Shown piece by piece: positions 36,876 to 47,122 of a stretch of 62,750 nt of DNA; the first letter of the stretch is position 1, and every line of letters starts with the position of its first letter. The notes beneath the pieces are model-generated. The model saw only the letters and a list, made by a program, of their open reading frames with translations. It was not told the origin of the DNA and made no database searches. The translations under genes were made by a program, and so were the position numbers. Source of the stretch: Thermodesulfobacteriota bacterium (GTDB lineage: Bacteria > Desulfobacterota > Desulfobulbia > Desulfobulbales > SURF-16); assembly GCA_040755455.1 (NCBI GenBank), contig JBFMAY010000025.1, positions 1 through 62,750 on the forward strand, written 5' to 3'.

Positions 36876-38336
36876 ATGAAGAAAATTTTGAGAGGAAAGT
36901 TTTTACTGTTGGCAATGCTGGCTGTGCCCATGATGATGCCGGGGGAGGCCGGCGCCATCGATAAGGTGGACAAGCAGCTTTATCCCTATGCGCCGTCCCT
37001 GGTGAACTGGGACAAAACCAAGGCCGGATTCACCCCGCCCGAGACATGCGCCGAGTGTCATCCGCAGCAGTTTGAGGAATGGACCGGATCAATGCATGCC
37101 CTGGCCTTCAAGGATCCGGTTTACCAGGGCGAGCTGAACAAGGCGGTCAAGGCGGTGGGACATGATATCGCCAGGCAGTGCGAAGGGTGTCATTCCCCGG
37201 CCGGCGTGGTGACCGGGGAGGTCAAAGGCCCGGGCGTGACCGGGCTCTCGGCCGTGGCCATCAACGGGGTTTCCTGTGATATCTGTCACTCGGTCAAAAG
37301 CCATACCGGCTGGCAGACGCCGTATCATCAGCCGGAAAACGGCTCATTCGTCATGTCCCCCGGCAAGGAGACGGCGGACGGCGTGGTGTTGACCAAATAC
37401 GGCCCCTACGCGCCTGAGGAGGGGTGCGGCGAGGGGTTTCATGAATGCGTGGAGCAGCCGTTGCACAAAACCACGGAGCTTTGCGCCAACTGCCACCAGG
37501 TGCATCATTATGAAACCCATACACCCCTGGAGTCAACCTACCGGGAATGGAAGGATGGCCCCTATTCGGTGAAAAACATCGCCTGCCAAGACTGCCATAT
37601 GGTTGATTATGACACCTTTGTCCGGTCAGCGGATGATTTCAAGAAACCTGAGCGGGGTGAGTTCCGGCATTATTTCAACGGCGCCAATTTTCTGGTCTAT
37701 TATCTGCTTGAGCAGGCGGCCAAAAAGGGCGGTGACGAGGTTTTGGCCGCCAATGCCCACAATAAGTTTGAAATGGCGGTCAGTCGCCTCAAGGCCGCCG
37801 CCGACGTGGAGGTCACGCCCATTTACCGGGACAACAGTCTGGCCGAGATCAAGGTGCGGGTGCACAACAAACGGGCCGGGCATAATCTGCCGACCTCGCT
37901 GACCAACATCCGCCAGATCTGGCTGGAAATGACGGTCAAGGACCAGAGCGGCAAGGTGATCATGACAACCGGCACGGTGGGCAAGGACGGCGAGCTGCCC
38001 GCCGAGGCGCGGCTGTTTAATTCCGACGGCATGGGGGATGCGTTCCATTTCCAGGTGGACCCGTGGAAGGTGATCGCCTTCTCCCGCCATGACACCATTC
38101 CGCCCAAGGGTTATAAGGATGTCTATTACGGGGTCGCCGCACCCCAGGCCAAAGGGCCGCTGTCCGTTGAAGTCAAGCTGCGCTACCGGCAGGCGGAACA
38201 GAAGATTGCTCATGCCCTGCTGGCCGCCGTGCCGAGCGACATCGATCTGGCCGCCACCTATGGCCTGACCGCCATGCCGGACCTGCCGGTGGTGGATATG
38301 GTGGAAAAGACGGTGACCATGAATGGGACCAAGTAG
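36876..38336 (+). CDS. periplasmic multiheme c-type cytochrome (five CxxCH, c554-like N-terminus)
   Basis: Signal peptide; CAECH, CEGCH, CDICH, CANCH, CQDCH; W.GSMHA; AGHNLPT. Confidence 0.9.
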   Translation: MKKILRGKFLLLAMLAVPMMMPGEAGAIDKVDKQLYPYAPSLVNWDKTKAGFTPPETCAECHPQQFEEWTGSMHALAFKDPVYQGELNKAVKAVGHDIARQCEGCHSPAGVVTGEVKGPGVTGLSAVAINGVSCDICHSVKSHTGWQTPYHQPENGSFVMSPGKETADGVVLTKYGPYAPEEGCGEGFHECVEQPLHKTTELCANCHQVHHYETHTPLESTYREWKDGPYSVKNIACQDCHMVDYDTFVRSADDFKKPERGEFRHYFNGANFLVYYLLEQAAKKGGDEVLAANAHNKFEMAVSRLKAAADVEVTPIYRDNSLAEIKVRVHNKRAGHNLPTSLTNIRQIWLEMTVKDQSGKVIMTTGTVGKDGELPAEARLFNSDGMGDAFHFQVDPWKVIAFSRHDTIPPKGYKDVYYGVAAPQAKGPLSVEVKLRYRQAEQKIAHALLAAVPSDIDLAATYGLTAMPDLPVVDMVEKTVTMNGTK

Positions 38337-38380
38337 TCAGTAAGCAGCCGCGCAGCCAGCGGTTATTCATGATACAAAGC

Positions 38381-38414
38381 AAAAGGGGCGTTCTCTGCGG
38401 AGCGCCCTTTTTTT
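38381..38414. terminator. bidirectional terminator
   Basis: AAAAGGGGCGTTC…GGAGCGCCCTTTTTTT between convergent genes. Confidence 0.7.
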
Positions 38415-38449
38415 GTTTTCCGGTAAAATCTCACCCAGAGCTGACCGTA

Positions 38450-39574
38450 CTACATGGCCAGGGTGATGCTCTTGCGCAAACGGGCCAGCGCGGCTGCAAA
38501 GAAGATTCCGCCGATAAGGCTGACTGCCGCATAATTGGGCCACACCACGTCAAAGCCTGCGCCGCGGTAAAGGATGGCCTGGGCGAAGGTGACGAAATGG
38601 GTGGAGGGGGCAAACTGCATGATGGCCTGCAGGACCTCCGGCATGCTCTCCCGCGGCGAGCTGCCGCCGGAGAGGATGTTCATCGGCAGCACGATGAGAA
38701 TGAACAGCAGGCCGAGCTGGGGCATGGAGCGGGCCACCGTGGCGAAAAAGATGCCCATGGCCGTGGAGGAGAAGAGATAGAGGGCCGTGCCGCCCAGGAA
38801 GAGGGGGATGGAGCCGGTGATCTGCACCTGCAGCACCCCCTTGATCAGCAGCCACAGGGACAGGCCGGCGGCCACCAGCACAATGAGGCCGTTGGCCCAG
38901 ACCTTGGCCGTCATGATCTCGAAGGGGGTAAGCGGCATGACCAGCAGATGTTCAATGGTGCCCCGCTCCCGTTCCCGCATGAGTGCCGCCCCGGTGAGGA
39001 CCATGCTGAGCAAGGTGATGTTGTTTATCAGCTCCATGACGCTGGTAAACCAGGAGGTGGTCAGGTTCGGGTTGAATTTGACCCGCACCGCAAGGCCGAC
39101 GGGTAAAGCGGCAGGCTCGCGATAGCCCTGCACGAACTCCCTGATTTCCCCGCTGATGATGTTCTGGATATAGCCGTCGCCGATGCCGGCCTGGTTCATG
39201 GCCGTGGCGTCAACATTGACCTGGAGCTCGGGATTTCTACCGGCCACGACATTTTTTTCAAAATCAGGCGGGATGTCGATGACAAAGGTATACAGGCCCG
39301 AGTCCATGGCCGCGTCAACCGCCTCCAGGGGGATCAGCTGCGGTGTGCGGAAATAGGGGGGCATGAAGGCATCGGCAATCCGCCGGGAAAGAGGCGAGCG
39401 ATCCGCATCGACAATGGCGATGGCCGTGTTATGCAGTTCATGGGAGATGCCGGTGGCCGCGCTGTAAATGCCGAAGGAAAAGGAGTAGACAACGGCGATG
39501 AGCAGCACCATGTCATGAAAGAGGCTGCGCAGTTCCTTGACCCCCAGTTGATAGATGTTGGCCAGCTTTTTCAT
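38450..39574 (-). CDS. yhhJ: ABC-2 type permease
   Basis: LGVKELRSL, RERERGTIEHLLVMP, LSGGSSPRESMP. Confidence 0.85.
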   Translation of the reverse strand: MKKLANIYQLGVKELRSLFHDMVLLIAVVYSFSFGIYSAATGISHELHNTAIAIVDADRSPLSRRIADAFMPPYFRTPQLIPLEAVDAAMDSGLYTFVIDIPPDFEKNVVAGRNPELQVNVDATAMNQAGIGDGYIQNIISGEIREFVQGYREPAALPVGLAVRVKFNPNLTTSWFTSVMELINNITLLSMVLTGAALMRERERGTIEHLLVMPLTPFEIMTAKVWANGLIVLVAAGLSLWLLIKGVLQVQITGSIPLFLGGTALYLFSSTAMGIFFATVARSMPQLGLLFILIVLPMNILSGGSSPRESMPEVLQAIMQFAPSTHFVTFAQAILYRGAGFDVVWPNYAAVSLIGGIFFAAALARLRKSITLAM

Positions 39575-39576
39575 GC

Positions 39577-42330
39577 TCAAGACTCCTGTTTGCGCAGCAA
39601 CACCAGGCTCAGCACGAGCAGCACCGGGATAAAACATGCCAGGGTCGTATACTGCGCGGTCAGGTCATGGAAGCCCAGGGCCTTGGTAAAGGTGCCGACG
39701 CTGATTTTCATGAAATAGCCGGTCGGAAAGTTGTTGCCGATGACCGCCGCAGAGCCGCTGAGGGAGGAGACCGGGGTGATCAGCCCGGAAAACTGGGTGG
39801 CCGGCACCAGGGTCAGGACAAAGGCGGCGATGAGGGCGGCGATCTGCGTGCGGGTAAAGACCGATACCAGCAGGCCGAGAGCGGTGGTAACCGTGACGTA
39901 GAGCAATGCCCCGCAGGCCAGGGCCGGGAAACTGCCTTTCAGCGGGACCCGGAAGATGAGCGTCGACATGGCAACCAGCACGAGAAAGTTGAACATGCTG
40001 ATACCGATATAGGGCAGCTGTTTGCCCAGGAGAAATTCCAGCCGGGTAACCGGCGTGGCGTACAGGTTGGCGATGGAGCCCAGCTCCTTTTCCCGGACAA
40101 CCGCCACGGCCATGAGGATGGCCGGGACAAAGACCAGCAGCAGTGCGATGGCCGCCGGCACCATGGCGTTGACGCTTTTAAAATCCTGATTGTAGCGGTA
40201 ACGGGTCTCGATGCCGGCGGGCAGGAGCTGCGGTTTGACCCCTGAGGTGCTCAGGGCAAGCTGGGAGAGATAGTCAAGATGCAGGCCCTGCACATAGCCT
40301 TTCATGGTCTCGCCCCGGAAGGGCATGGCCCCGTCCAGCAAGACCGACACCTCCGGCTGGCGGCCCCGCTTGAGGTCCTTGCCGAAGCCGGGCGGGATCT
40401 CGATGGCCAGCTGCAGTTCGCCGCTCATCATGCGCTGCTCCAGGCTGTCATAGCCGGTGAGCCGGGGCCTTTCGCGGAAATAACGGGAGCTGGCATAATT
40501 TTCAAGATAAACGCGGCTTTCCGGGGTCTGATCCCGGTCGAGCACTGCGTAGGAGAGTTTGTCCACATCCAGGGTGATGCCGAAGCCGAAAATAAGCATG
40601 AGGATGGCGGTGCCCAGCAGGGCGAAAACCAGCCGGATCGGGTCGCGGCTCAGTTCCTGGGTCTCTCGGCGGGCATAGGCCAGCAGCCGGAGGGGGTTGA
40701 AAAACGAAGGTGCCGGGCCGCCATGGCCGCCAAAGCGACCCGGCGCCGGTCCGGCGAGGGAGGCATCGGGGACGCAGTCGGCCATGTCATCCCGTTCGGC
40801 ATCCTGCAGGTGGGCGATGAAGGCCTCTTCCAGTGTCCGGCAATTTCTGGCCCGGATCAACGCCGCCGGGGCACCGCTGGCCAGCACCCGGCCGGCATGC
40901 ATCAGCGAGATGCGGTCACAGCGGCTCGCCTCGTTCATGAAATGGGTGGAAACAAAGATGGTGACGCCCTGCTGGCGGGAGAGATCGATCAGCAGTTCCC
41001 AGAACTGGTCACGGGCCACCGGGTCGACGCCCGAGGTGGGTTCGTCCAGGATCAGCATGTCGGGTGAATGGATCACCGCCACGGCCAGGGACAGACGCTG
41101 GCGGATGCCCAGCGGCAGGCTTTCGGTCGATACGTCCAGGTAGTCCTTGAGGGCAAAGCGGCCCACCAGTTCATCGATGCGGCCGGCAATCTTCTCCGGG
41201 GCTAAATGAAACAGGCGGGCATGGAGCAGCAGGTTCTGATGCACGGAAAGTTCCGTGTACAGGGAAAAGGCCTGGGACATGAAGCCGACCCGCTTGCGGG
41301 TCTCCAGATTGTGCGCGTCAACGGCCTGGCCGAACAGGCTGGCCGAACCTGCCGAGGCCGGCAGCAGGCCGGTGAGCATTTTCATGGTGGTGGTCTTGCC
41401 GCAACCGTTGGAGCCGAGAAAGCCGAAGATCTCGCCCCGCTCGATGGTGAAGCTGACCTGGTCAACGGCGGTGAACTTGCCGAAGCGTTTGGTCAGGCCT
41501 GCGGCGGCGATGGCCGGCGGGCCGTCGCCATCTCCGGCGCGGGGCGGCACAACCAGGGTCTGGTGGCCCCGGCGCTTTTTTTCGGGCAGCAGCCGGATAA
41601 AGGCAGCGTCCAGGTCATTTGCGCCGGTGCGGGCTTTCAGTTCCGCCGGGCTGCCGGTGGCGAGCACCTGGCCCCCGTCCATGGCCACCAGCCAGTCAAA
41701 GCCTTCCGCCTCGTCCATGTAGGCTGTGGCGATGAGAACGCTCATCCCCGGCCGGCGGCCGCGGATGCGGTGGATGAGCTTCCAGAAGTGGCGGCGGGAA
41801 AGCGGGTCAACGCCGGTGGTGGGTTCATCCAGGATCAGCAAATCCGGGTCGTGGATGAGGGCGCAGCACAGGCCGAGTTTCTGCTTCATGCCGCCGGAGA
41901 GCCTGCCTGCCTGCCGGTCCTTGAAGGGGGCCAGACCGGTGGCGACAAGGAGTTCGTTGATGCGCCATTGCCGCTCCTGGCGCGACTGGCCGAAAAGGCG
42001 GCCGAAAAAGTCGACATTCTCGAATACCGACAAGCTCATGTAGAGGTTGCGGCCCAGGCCCTGGGGCATATAGGCGATGCGTGGGCAGCTCTGCCTGCGG
42101 TGCCGGGGGTTGCGCATGTCGTTGCCGAACACCTCGACGCTGCCCCGCTGAATCCGGCGCACCCCGGCAATCAGCGCCAGCAGGCTCGACTTGCCGACCC
42201 CGTCCGGGCCGATCAGCCCCGCCATGCAGCCGGCGGGGATACGCAGATCCACTGCGTCAAGGGCAACCGCCTTGCCGTAGCGGTGGCTGAGCCCGGCAAC
42301 CCTGGCGATGGAATCCGCTCTCTCATTCAT
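39577..42330 (-). CDS. rbbA: RbbA-type dual-ATPase/permease ABC protein
   Basis: [43 protein letters not shown], then permease with [10 protein letters not shown]. Confidence 0.9.
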   Translation of the reverse strand: MNERADSIARVAGLSHRYGKAVALDAVDLRIPAGCMAGLIGPDGVGKSSLLALIAGVRRIQRGSVEVFGNDMRNPRHRRQSCPRIAYMPQGLGRNLYMSLSVFENVDFFGRLFGQSRQERQWRINELLVATGLAPFKDRQAGRLSGGMKQKLGLCCALIHDPDLLILDEPTTGVDPLSRRHFWKLIHRIRGRRPGMSVLIATAYMDEAEGFDWLVAMDGGQVLATGSPAELKARTGANDLDAAFIRLLPEKKRRGHQTLVVPPRAGDGDGPPAIAAAGLTKRFGKFTAVDQVSFTIERGEIFGFLGSNGCGKTTTMKMLTGLLPASAGSASLFGQAVDAHNLETRKRVGFMSQAFSLYTELSVHQNLLLHARLFHLAPEKIAGRIDELVGRFALKDYLDVSTESLPLGIRQRLSLAVAVIHSPDMLILDEPTSGVDPVARDQFWELLIDLSRQQGVTIFVSTHFMNEASRCDRISLMHAGRVLASGAPAALIRARNCRTLEEAFIAHLQDAERDDMADCVPDASLAGPAPGRFGGHGGPAPSFFNPLRLLAYARRETQELSRDPIRLVFALLGTAILMLIFGFGITLDVDKLSYAVLDRDQTPESRVYLENYASSRYFRERPRLTGYDSLEQRMMSGELQLAIEIPPGFGKDLKRGRQPEVSVLLDGAMPFRGETMKGYVQGLHLDYLSQLALSTSGVKPQLLPAGIETRYRYNQDFKSVNAMVPAAIALLLVFVPAILMAVAVVREKELGSIANLYATPVTRLEFLLGKQLPYIGISMFNFLVLVAMSTLIFRVPLKGSFPALACGALLYVTVTTALGLLVSVFTRTQIAALIAAFVLTLVPATQFSGLITPVSSLSGSAAVIGNNFPTGYFMKISVGTFTKALGFHDLTAQYTTLACFIPVLLVLSLVLLRKQES

Positions 42331-43319
42331 GGCACTTTCCGGCGCTTGATGTCCTCCGGCCATTCGGCCTGCGGGTCCAGCCGCACATAGGCGACGCCCG
42401 GTACCCCTGTTTTCACCGCAGCCAGATGCTTCATCAGCAGTTCGGGATCGATCTTGACCTTGATGCGGAACATCAGCTTTTCCCGCTCTGTTATGGTTTC
42501 CACCTCTTTCGGGGTAAACTGGGCCTCCGGCGCCACAAAGGAAACCCTGGCCGGCACCGCCAGATCGGGCAAGGCGTCAAAAACAAGCCGGGCCTCGGCG
42601 CCGATCCGCAGCCTGACGGACTGGGCCGTGGGCAGGAAAATGGTCATATACACGTCGGTCAGGTCAAGCACGGTGAGGATCTTGCCGCCCGCGGCCAGCA
42701 CCTCCCCCGGTTCCGCCAGCCGGTAAAGAACCCGGCCGGCCAACGGGGTGGCAAGAATGCTGTCCGCAATATCAACTTGAATTTTTTCGGCTTTTGCCAC
42801 GCAGGTCTCTATCGCCGCATCTGATTCCTGCCTTTTTGCCTCAGCCTCGGCCAGTATGGCCCTGGTGGTTTCCATCCTGGTCCGGTCGGCATCAACCTGC
42901 TTCGAGGCGATGGCGTCATCGGCGAATAGATTCCGTGACCGTTCATAATCCTTCCTGGCCAGCTGATGCTCGCTCTTGCGCTGTTCAATAAGGGCGGTGG
43001 CGGAAATCCTTTCATTGCGGGCCTTCTGGATTTCGGCCCTGGCCTGTTTCAGCTCGGCCTGCAGGGATTGGGTGTCCATGCGCGCCACCACCTGGCCGGC
43101 TTCAAGAAAATCACCTTCCTGCACCAGTATCTCGGCAACACGGCCCGGTAGCTTGGTGGCGATGTCAACCTGGGTCGCCTCCAGCCGCCCGTTGCCTGAA
43201 GCAATCCCCGGGGGGATAGGCGCGCTGCGCAGGCTCAGCCAGCCGTATGTCGTCATGCCGGCAACAACGAGCAGAACTGCCAATGCCAGCCACCATCTGC
43301 CGGAACCGCGTTCAGTCAT
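42327..43319 (-). CDS. HlyD family membrane-fusion protein (YhiI-like)
   Basis: [29 protein letters not shown]. Confidence 0.88.
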   Translation of the reverse strand: MTERGSGRWWLALAVLLVVAGMTTYGWLSLRSAPIPPGIASGNGRLEATQVDIATKLPGRVAEILVQEGDFLEAGQVVARMDTQSLQAELKQARAEIQKARNERISATALIEQRKSEHQLARKDYERSRNLFADDAIASKQVDADRTRMETTRAILAEAEAKRQESDAAIETCVAKAEKIQVDIADSILATPLAGRVLYRLAEPGEVLAAGGKILTVLDLTDVYMTIFLPTAQSVRLRIGAEARLVFDALPDLAVPARVSFVAPEAQFTPKEVETITEREKLMFRIKVKIDPELLMKHLAAVKTGVPGVAYVRLDPQAEWPEDIKRRKVP

Positions 43320-43635
43320 GTGATGCTACTCCTTATGGGAAATAGAAATATGGCAAGTGCAAAGTAGGCACAAATACGTATTTTATATTGCTTTTCATGA
43401 TCTGTAATCACTATTTTTTTAAAATCGATGGGATAATGGCAAATGCGGACCGCAATGGCGGTAGCCGGGTTGATCTCCTGCCATGGTTGTCGGCATTTTT
43501 TATTGCCACTGCCGACATTTCTTGCCACCCGGGAAAGAAAGGGTTATTTCTTCGCTGTCAGCGGCATGATGGCTGAACCATCTGCGGCGGATGTGTAATT
43601 GCGTGAAAACTATTCATCCCTTGCCAATTTTGACC

Positions 43636-44121
43636 ATGACCGAAACCAATATATGCCCCTGCAACTCCGGCGCTCCCTACGCGGCATGCTGCGGCCCTTT
43701 GCTTGCCGGTGCGCGCACCGCCGCAACCGCCCTCTCCTTGATGCGCTCACGCTATACCGCCTATGCGGAGCGGAATGTCGATTACCTGCGCAGGACCTGG
43801 CATCCATCGACCAGGCCCGCGGATATCGACCCGTCGACCATCCCCGTCTGGGTTGGCCTGCATATTGTCCGCGCGGAAAGGGGAATGGAGCACGACAGCG
43901 CCGGCGTGGTCGAATTCAAGGCCGCATTTCTTACCCGGCAAGAGACCCGGCACCTGCACGAAGTCAGCCGGTTTGTCCAGGAAGACGGCCGGTGGCTCTA
44001 TGTGGATGGCGACATTATTGATGACACCCGATCTGCCCCGCGCAAGGGGCCGCAGGTCGGCAGAAACGAGCCCTGTCCGTGCGGCAGCGGCAGGAAATTT
44101 AAGAAGTGCTGCGGCCCTTAA
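43636..44121 (+). CDS. YchJ family protein with SEC-C motifs
   Basis: CPCNSG…CC, LMRSRYTAY, TWHP, HEVSRF, WLYVDG, GRNEPCPCGSGRKFKKCC. Confidence 0.9.
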   Translation: MTETNICPCNSGAPYAACCGPLLAGARTAATALSLMRSRYTAYAERNVDYLRRTWHPSTRPADIDPSTIPVWVGLHIVRAERGMEHDSAGVVEFKAAFLTRQETRHLHEVSRFVQEDGRWLYVDGDIIDDTRSAPRKGPQVGRNEPCPCGSGRKFKKCCGP

Positions 44122-44324
44122 GCGCTTGCACTTGCCTTTGCGCAAAGAGAATTTTGTTGGTGGCGAAAGGGCAAAGAAACCCGCAATCCTGGTGACAATG
44201 ACCAGCACAGTGTTTATGATGGAGATGATTTTGCCGCGGCCCGTTGAAGTCATCAAGGCAAGGTGACGGGGCTATGGCATGAAGGATCCGGCTGGAGGAT
44301 CACAACCGCATGGAGGTGCAAAGC

Positions 44325-44594
44325 ATGATAGAGGTTGAGCATAATCCGCAAGAATCACGCATCAAAGCCCTTGACGCCAGGTCATGGCCCATCTGGACCT
44401 GCGAGGTTTCCGAATTCCCCTGGACCTACGACAGCAAGGAAACCTGTTACATCCTGGAGGGGGAGGTTACCGTCACTCCCGACGGGGGAAAAGGGGTCAC
44501 CATCAAGGCGGGAGACCTGGTCGTCTTTCCTGCCGGGATGTCATGCCGCTGGAAGGTAGTGAAGCCGATTAAAAAGCACTATCAGTTCGGATGA
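44325..44594 (+). CDS. cupin (DUF861-like)
   Basis: WPIW…FPWTY..ETCYILEGEV…GDLVVFPAG…W.V; GGAGGT RBS. Confidence 0.85.
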   Translation: MIEVEHNPQESRIKALDARSWPIWTCEVSEFPWTYDSKETCYILEGEVTVTPDGGKGVTIKAGDLVVFPAGMSCRWKVVKPIKKHYQFG

Positions 44595-44606
44595 GGCCTG
44601 AAACCC

Positions 44607-45047
44607 ATGCAGATACCCGCAATCCTCTACCGTCTGGCCGTGGCCTTTTGGCTGGGCGGGGCAACCCTGTTCACCTTCGTCCTCACCCCCGTCATCTTCA
44701 AATCGTATAACCGGGACATGGCCGGCGGGATTGTCGGGGTCCTCTTTCCCGGCTATTTCAAATGGGGACTGGCCTGCGGCGTGATCGCCCTTGTGGCCCT
44801 GTTTTTTTCAACCGCCAGGCGCAGGACCGCGGCCGCCATCATCATCGCCATCATGCTGGCCATTACCGCTGGGCAGGCCTTTGTGATTGAACCAAGGGCC
44901 GCGGCCCTGAAGAAGGAGATCCCCTCCTTTGCGACCACCCCGCCGGATGATCCGCTGCGAGCCAAGTTCAGGAAATTACATGGGATATCGGCCGCCGGTA
45001 ACCTGGCGGTCATTGGCGGCGGGATCGCTCTGGTGATCCTGCTGTGA
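44607..45047 (+). CDS. DUF4149-like membrane protein
   Basis: FWLGG…P..F…AG.IVG.LFP.YF and FRKLHGIS; four TM segments. Confidence 0.75.
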   Translation: MQIPAILYRLAVAFWLGGATLFTFVLTPVIFKSYNRDMAGGIVGVLFPGYFKWGLACGVIALVALFFSTARRRTAAAIIIAIMLAITAGQAFVIEPRAAALKKEIPSFATTPPDDPLRAKFRKLHGISAAGNLAVIGGGIALVILL

Positions 45048-45069
45048 GAGAGAGTCTGCGACGGACGGA

Positions 45070-45582
45070 GTGACTGTGGTGATTACCAGAAAACTGATCC
45101 AGGCAATAAAAGAGCAATATGCCCTCAACTGGGAGGGTGTCCACGGCATCCGCCACTGGGGCCGGGTCTATGCGAACGGCTTGCGGCTGGCCGAGGGAAC
45201 CGGGGCCAGGCTCAGTGTGGTCAAGCTGTTCGCCGTTTTCCACGATGCCGGGCGGCTGAATAATGACCGGGACGATGGCCACGGCCCGCGCGGGGCCAGG
45301 CTGGCGGAAGAGTTCCGCGGCACATATTTTGATCTGCCCGACGGCGATTTTGAGCTGTTGCTCATCGCCTGCAGGCAGCACACCGTGGCCAAGACCCATG
45401 CGGACCTCACCGTCCGCACCTGTTTCGATGCCGACCGTCTCGATCTGGCCCGGGTCGGCACCATGCCTGACCCGCAATACCTCTGCACGGATCTGGCCAG
45501 AACCCCGGAAATGATCATTTGGGCCAATGAAAGAAGCCTCAGCAACTATGCGCCGGACATCGTCACCGTGTGGAATGCGTGA
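45070..45582 (+). CDS. HD-domain protein
   Basis: HGIRHW, FHD, GHG, DADRLDL. Confidence 0.8.
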   Translation: MTVVITRKLIQAIKEQYALNWEGVHGIRHWGRVYANGLRLAEGTGARLSVVKLFAVFHDAGRLNNDRDDGHGPRGARLAEEFRGTYFDLPDGDFELLLIACRQHTVAKTHADLTVRTCFDADRLDLARVGTMPDPQYLCTDLARTPEMIIWANERSLSNYAPDIVTVWNA

Positions 45583-45749
45583 CAAACGGGGGGGATGATG
45601 CCGGGACCCTGGCCACGCTTTCTGGCAGATCGGGAAACGTATCAGGTGAGATCTGCCGCTACCCTCAGCTGATCCGAAAAAGTTCGGATTTATACTTCTT
45701 CTTGACAGAGTCAATAGAGATATGCGAATTTTCATGTGGTGCCGGGGTG

Positions 45750-46712
45750 CTATCGTCCGCCAGCATCTGATATGCCCCCGCTGGAAAGGGTAGCGATCAC
45801 CGCTTCTCTCACCATTCCATATGTTGCATCGGGGGTGTTCTCGTCAACGCCAAGGCCGCTGATGCTGTCCATGGGAGATGATATATTACCATCCCCGTTA
45901 CGGTCGACAAGGACAAGGAGCGGTTTCTCCTGGGTGTCGTCTTTATAAACCATGACTTGAATGGACATGCCATAGTCCTTTCCTTCCTTGATGGTTAACA
46001 CCATTCGCCCCAGAAAAGTAGGAAGCTCGGTCTGATAGGTGCAGACCCCGTCCGGGCAGATTGGCACCCCTTTCTCGTCAATATCTTTTATATGGGTAAA
46101 TGGTCTGATGATGCCGTAGAGGTTTCTGCGGCTGTTGAATATGATGACGGGGTCTCCCGACCTGCAGAAATTGAATAGCTTTTCCATATCTGCGTTGTTT
46201 AATGCAATGCAACCCTCGGTCCAGTCTCTCTCCTTGGTCTTGCCGAAATATCTGTACACCCCTCCGCCATGTATCGCGATGCCGCAACCTAAACCGGTAT
46301 CACAGGGGGTGCGTCTCGATTTTTGGATGGCCTCATATATCCTTTTATATTCCATTAGAGATATCATCCCCTCAGTCAGGCCCTTCTCGGCGTTCATAAG
46401 ATTTGGGTATGATATGCCCAAAAGTCGGTGAAAGCGACTTTTGATTTTTTTATCCGTAATAAAATAGAGCCCTTCAGGAGTTGCGCAATCAAATGCCTTG
46501 TATTTGTCTGAATCAGGGTCAATCCCGAACGTGGCGGGGAATTTGGCCACCTGTTTGCCATCCATAAACAAGACCAAATCCTTTTTGGTCTTGTCTATAA
46601 CTACGATTCTCCCTGCCTGGGGGGGCGGTCCTGCCGTCAGTGCATGTGAGGCTGAAAAAGTCAAGATGAAAAATATTATAAATTGACTTTTTAAATAGCG
46701 ATATGATAACAT
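45750..46712 (-). CDS. YkuD-family L,D-transpeptidase-like enzyme (YafK/DpaA-like features)
   Basis: Signal peptide; TPEGLY, SRFH..LGISYPN, IAIHGG…WTEGCIAL. Confidence 0.85.
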   Translation of the reverse strand: MLSYRYLKSQFIIFFILTFSASHALTAGPPPQAGRIVVIDKTKKDLVLFMDGKQVAKFPATFGIDPDSDKYKAFDCATPEGLYFITDKKIKSRFHRLLGISYPNLMNAEKGLTEGMISLMEYKRIYEAIQKSRRTPCDTGLGCGIAIHGGGVYRYFGKTKERDWTEGCIALNNADMEKLFNFCRSGDPVIIFNSRRNLYGIIRPFTHIKDIDEKGVPICPDGVCTYQTELPTFLGRMVLTIKEGKDYGMSIQVMVYKDDTQEKPLLVLVDRNGDGNISSPMDSISGLGVDENTPDATYGMVREAVIATLSSGGISDAGGR

Positions 46713-46761
46713 AACAAAAAAATGATAAATTTTAACAACTTACCTGAAAGGAGAAAAGAAA

Positions 46762-47112
46762 ATGATGAAGCAAAAAACAAATCCAACCCGGACGATGACG
46801 TATATTTTTGTCGCACTTCTATGCCTTTCAGGACTTGAAGGTTGCGCAGCAACCCTCAGCAAAGAAGACAGGGCTTTTTTGGAGAGTGCGAAGCAGGCGG
46901 CCGAAGAGGCCAAGGCCGCCAGCACCAGGGCCGAGGCTATTGACAAGAAACTTGAGGACATGGGCGCACGCCTCGAAAACGCAGCATCCCGCGCTGAGCA
47001 GGCTGCAAACAGGGCCGACGCGGCCGCTACAAAGGCGATGAAAGCCTCCGAACAAGCAGAGGCCGCAGCCCAAAAGACAGAGCGCATCTTCGAGAAATCC
47101 CTTAAGAAATAG
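46762..47112 (+). CDS. Lpp/OprI-like alanine-zipper lipoprotein
   Basis: Lipobox LEGC; Ala-rich heptad coiled coil; ends in FEKSLKK. Confidence 0.8.
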   Translation: MMKQKTNPTRTMTYIFVALLCLSGLEGCAATLSKEDRAFLESAKQAAEEAKAASTRAEAIDKKLEDMGARLENAASRAEQAANRADAAATKAMKASEQAEAAAQKTERIFEKSLKK

Positions 47113-47122
47113 TCATCCGCCG

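Noticed and set aside
36876..38336. Selenocysteine-containing multiheme protein
   Set aside because: The frame is uninterrupted, has no in-frame TGA and ends at TAG.
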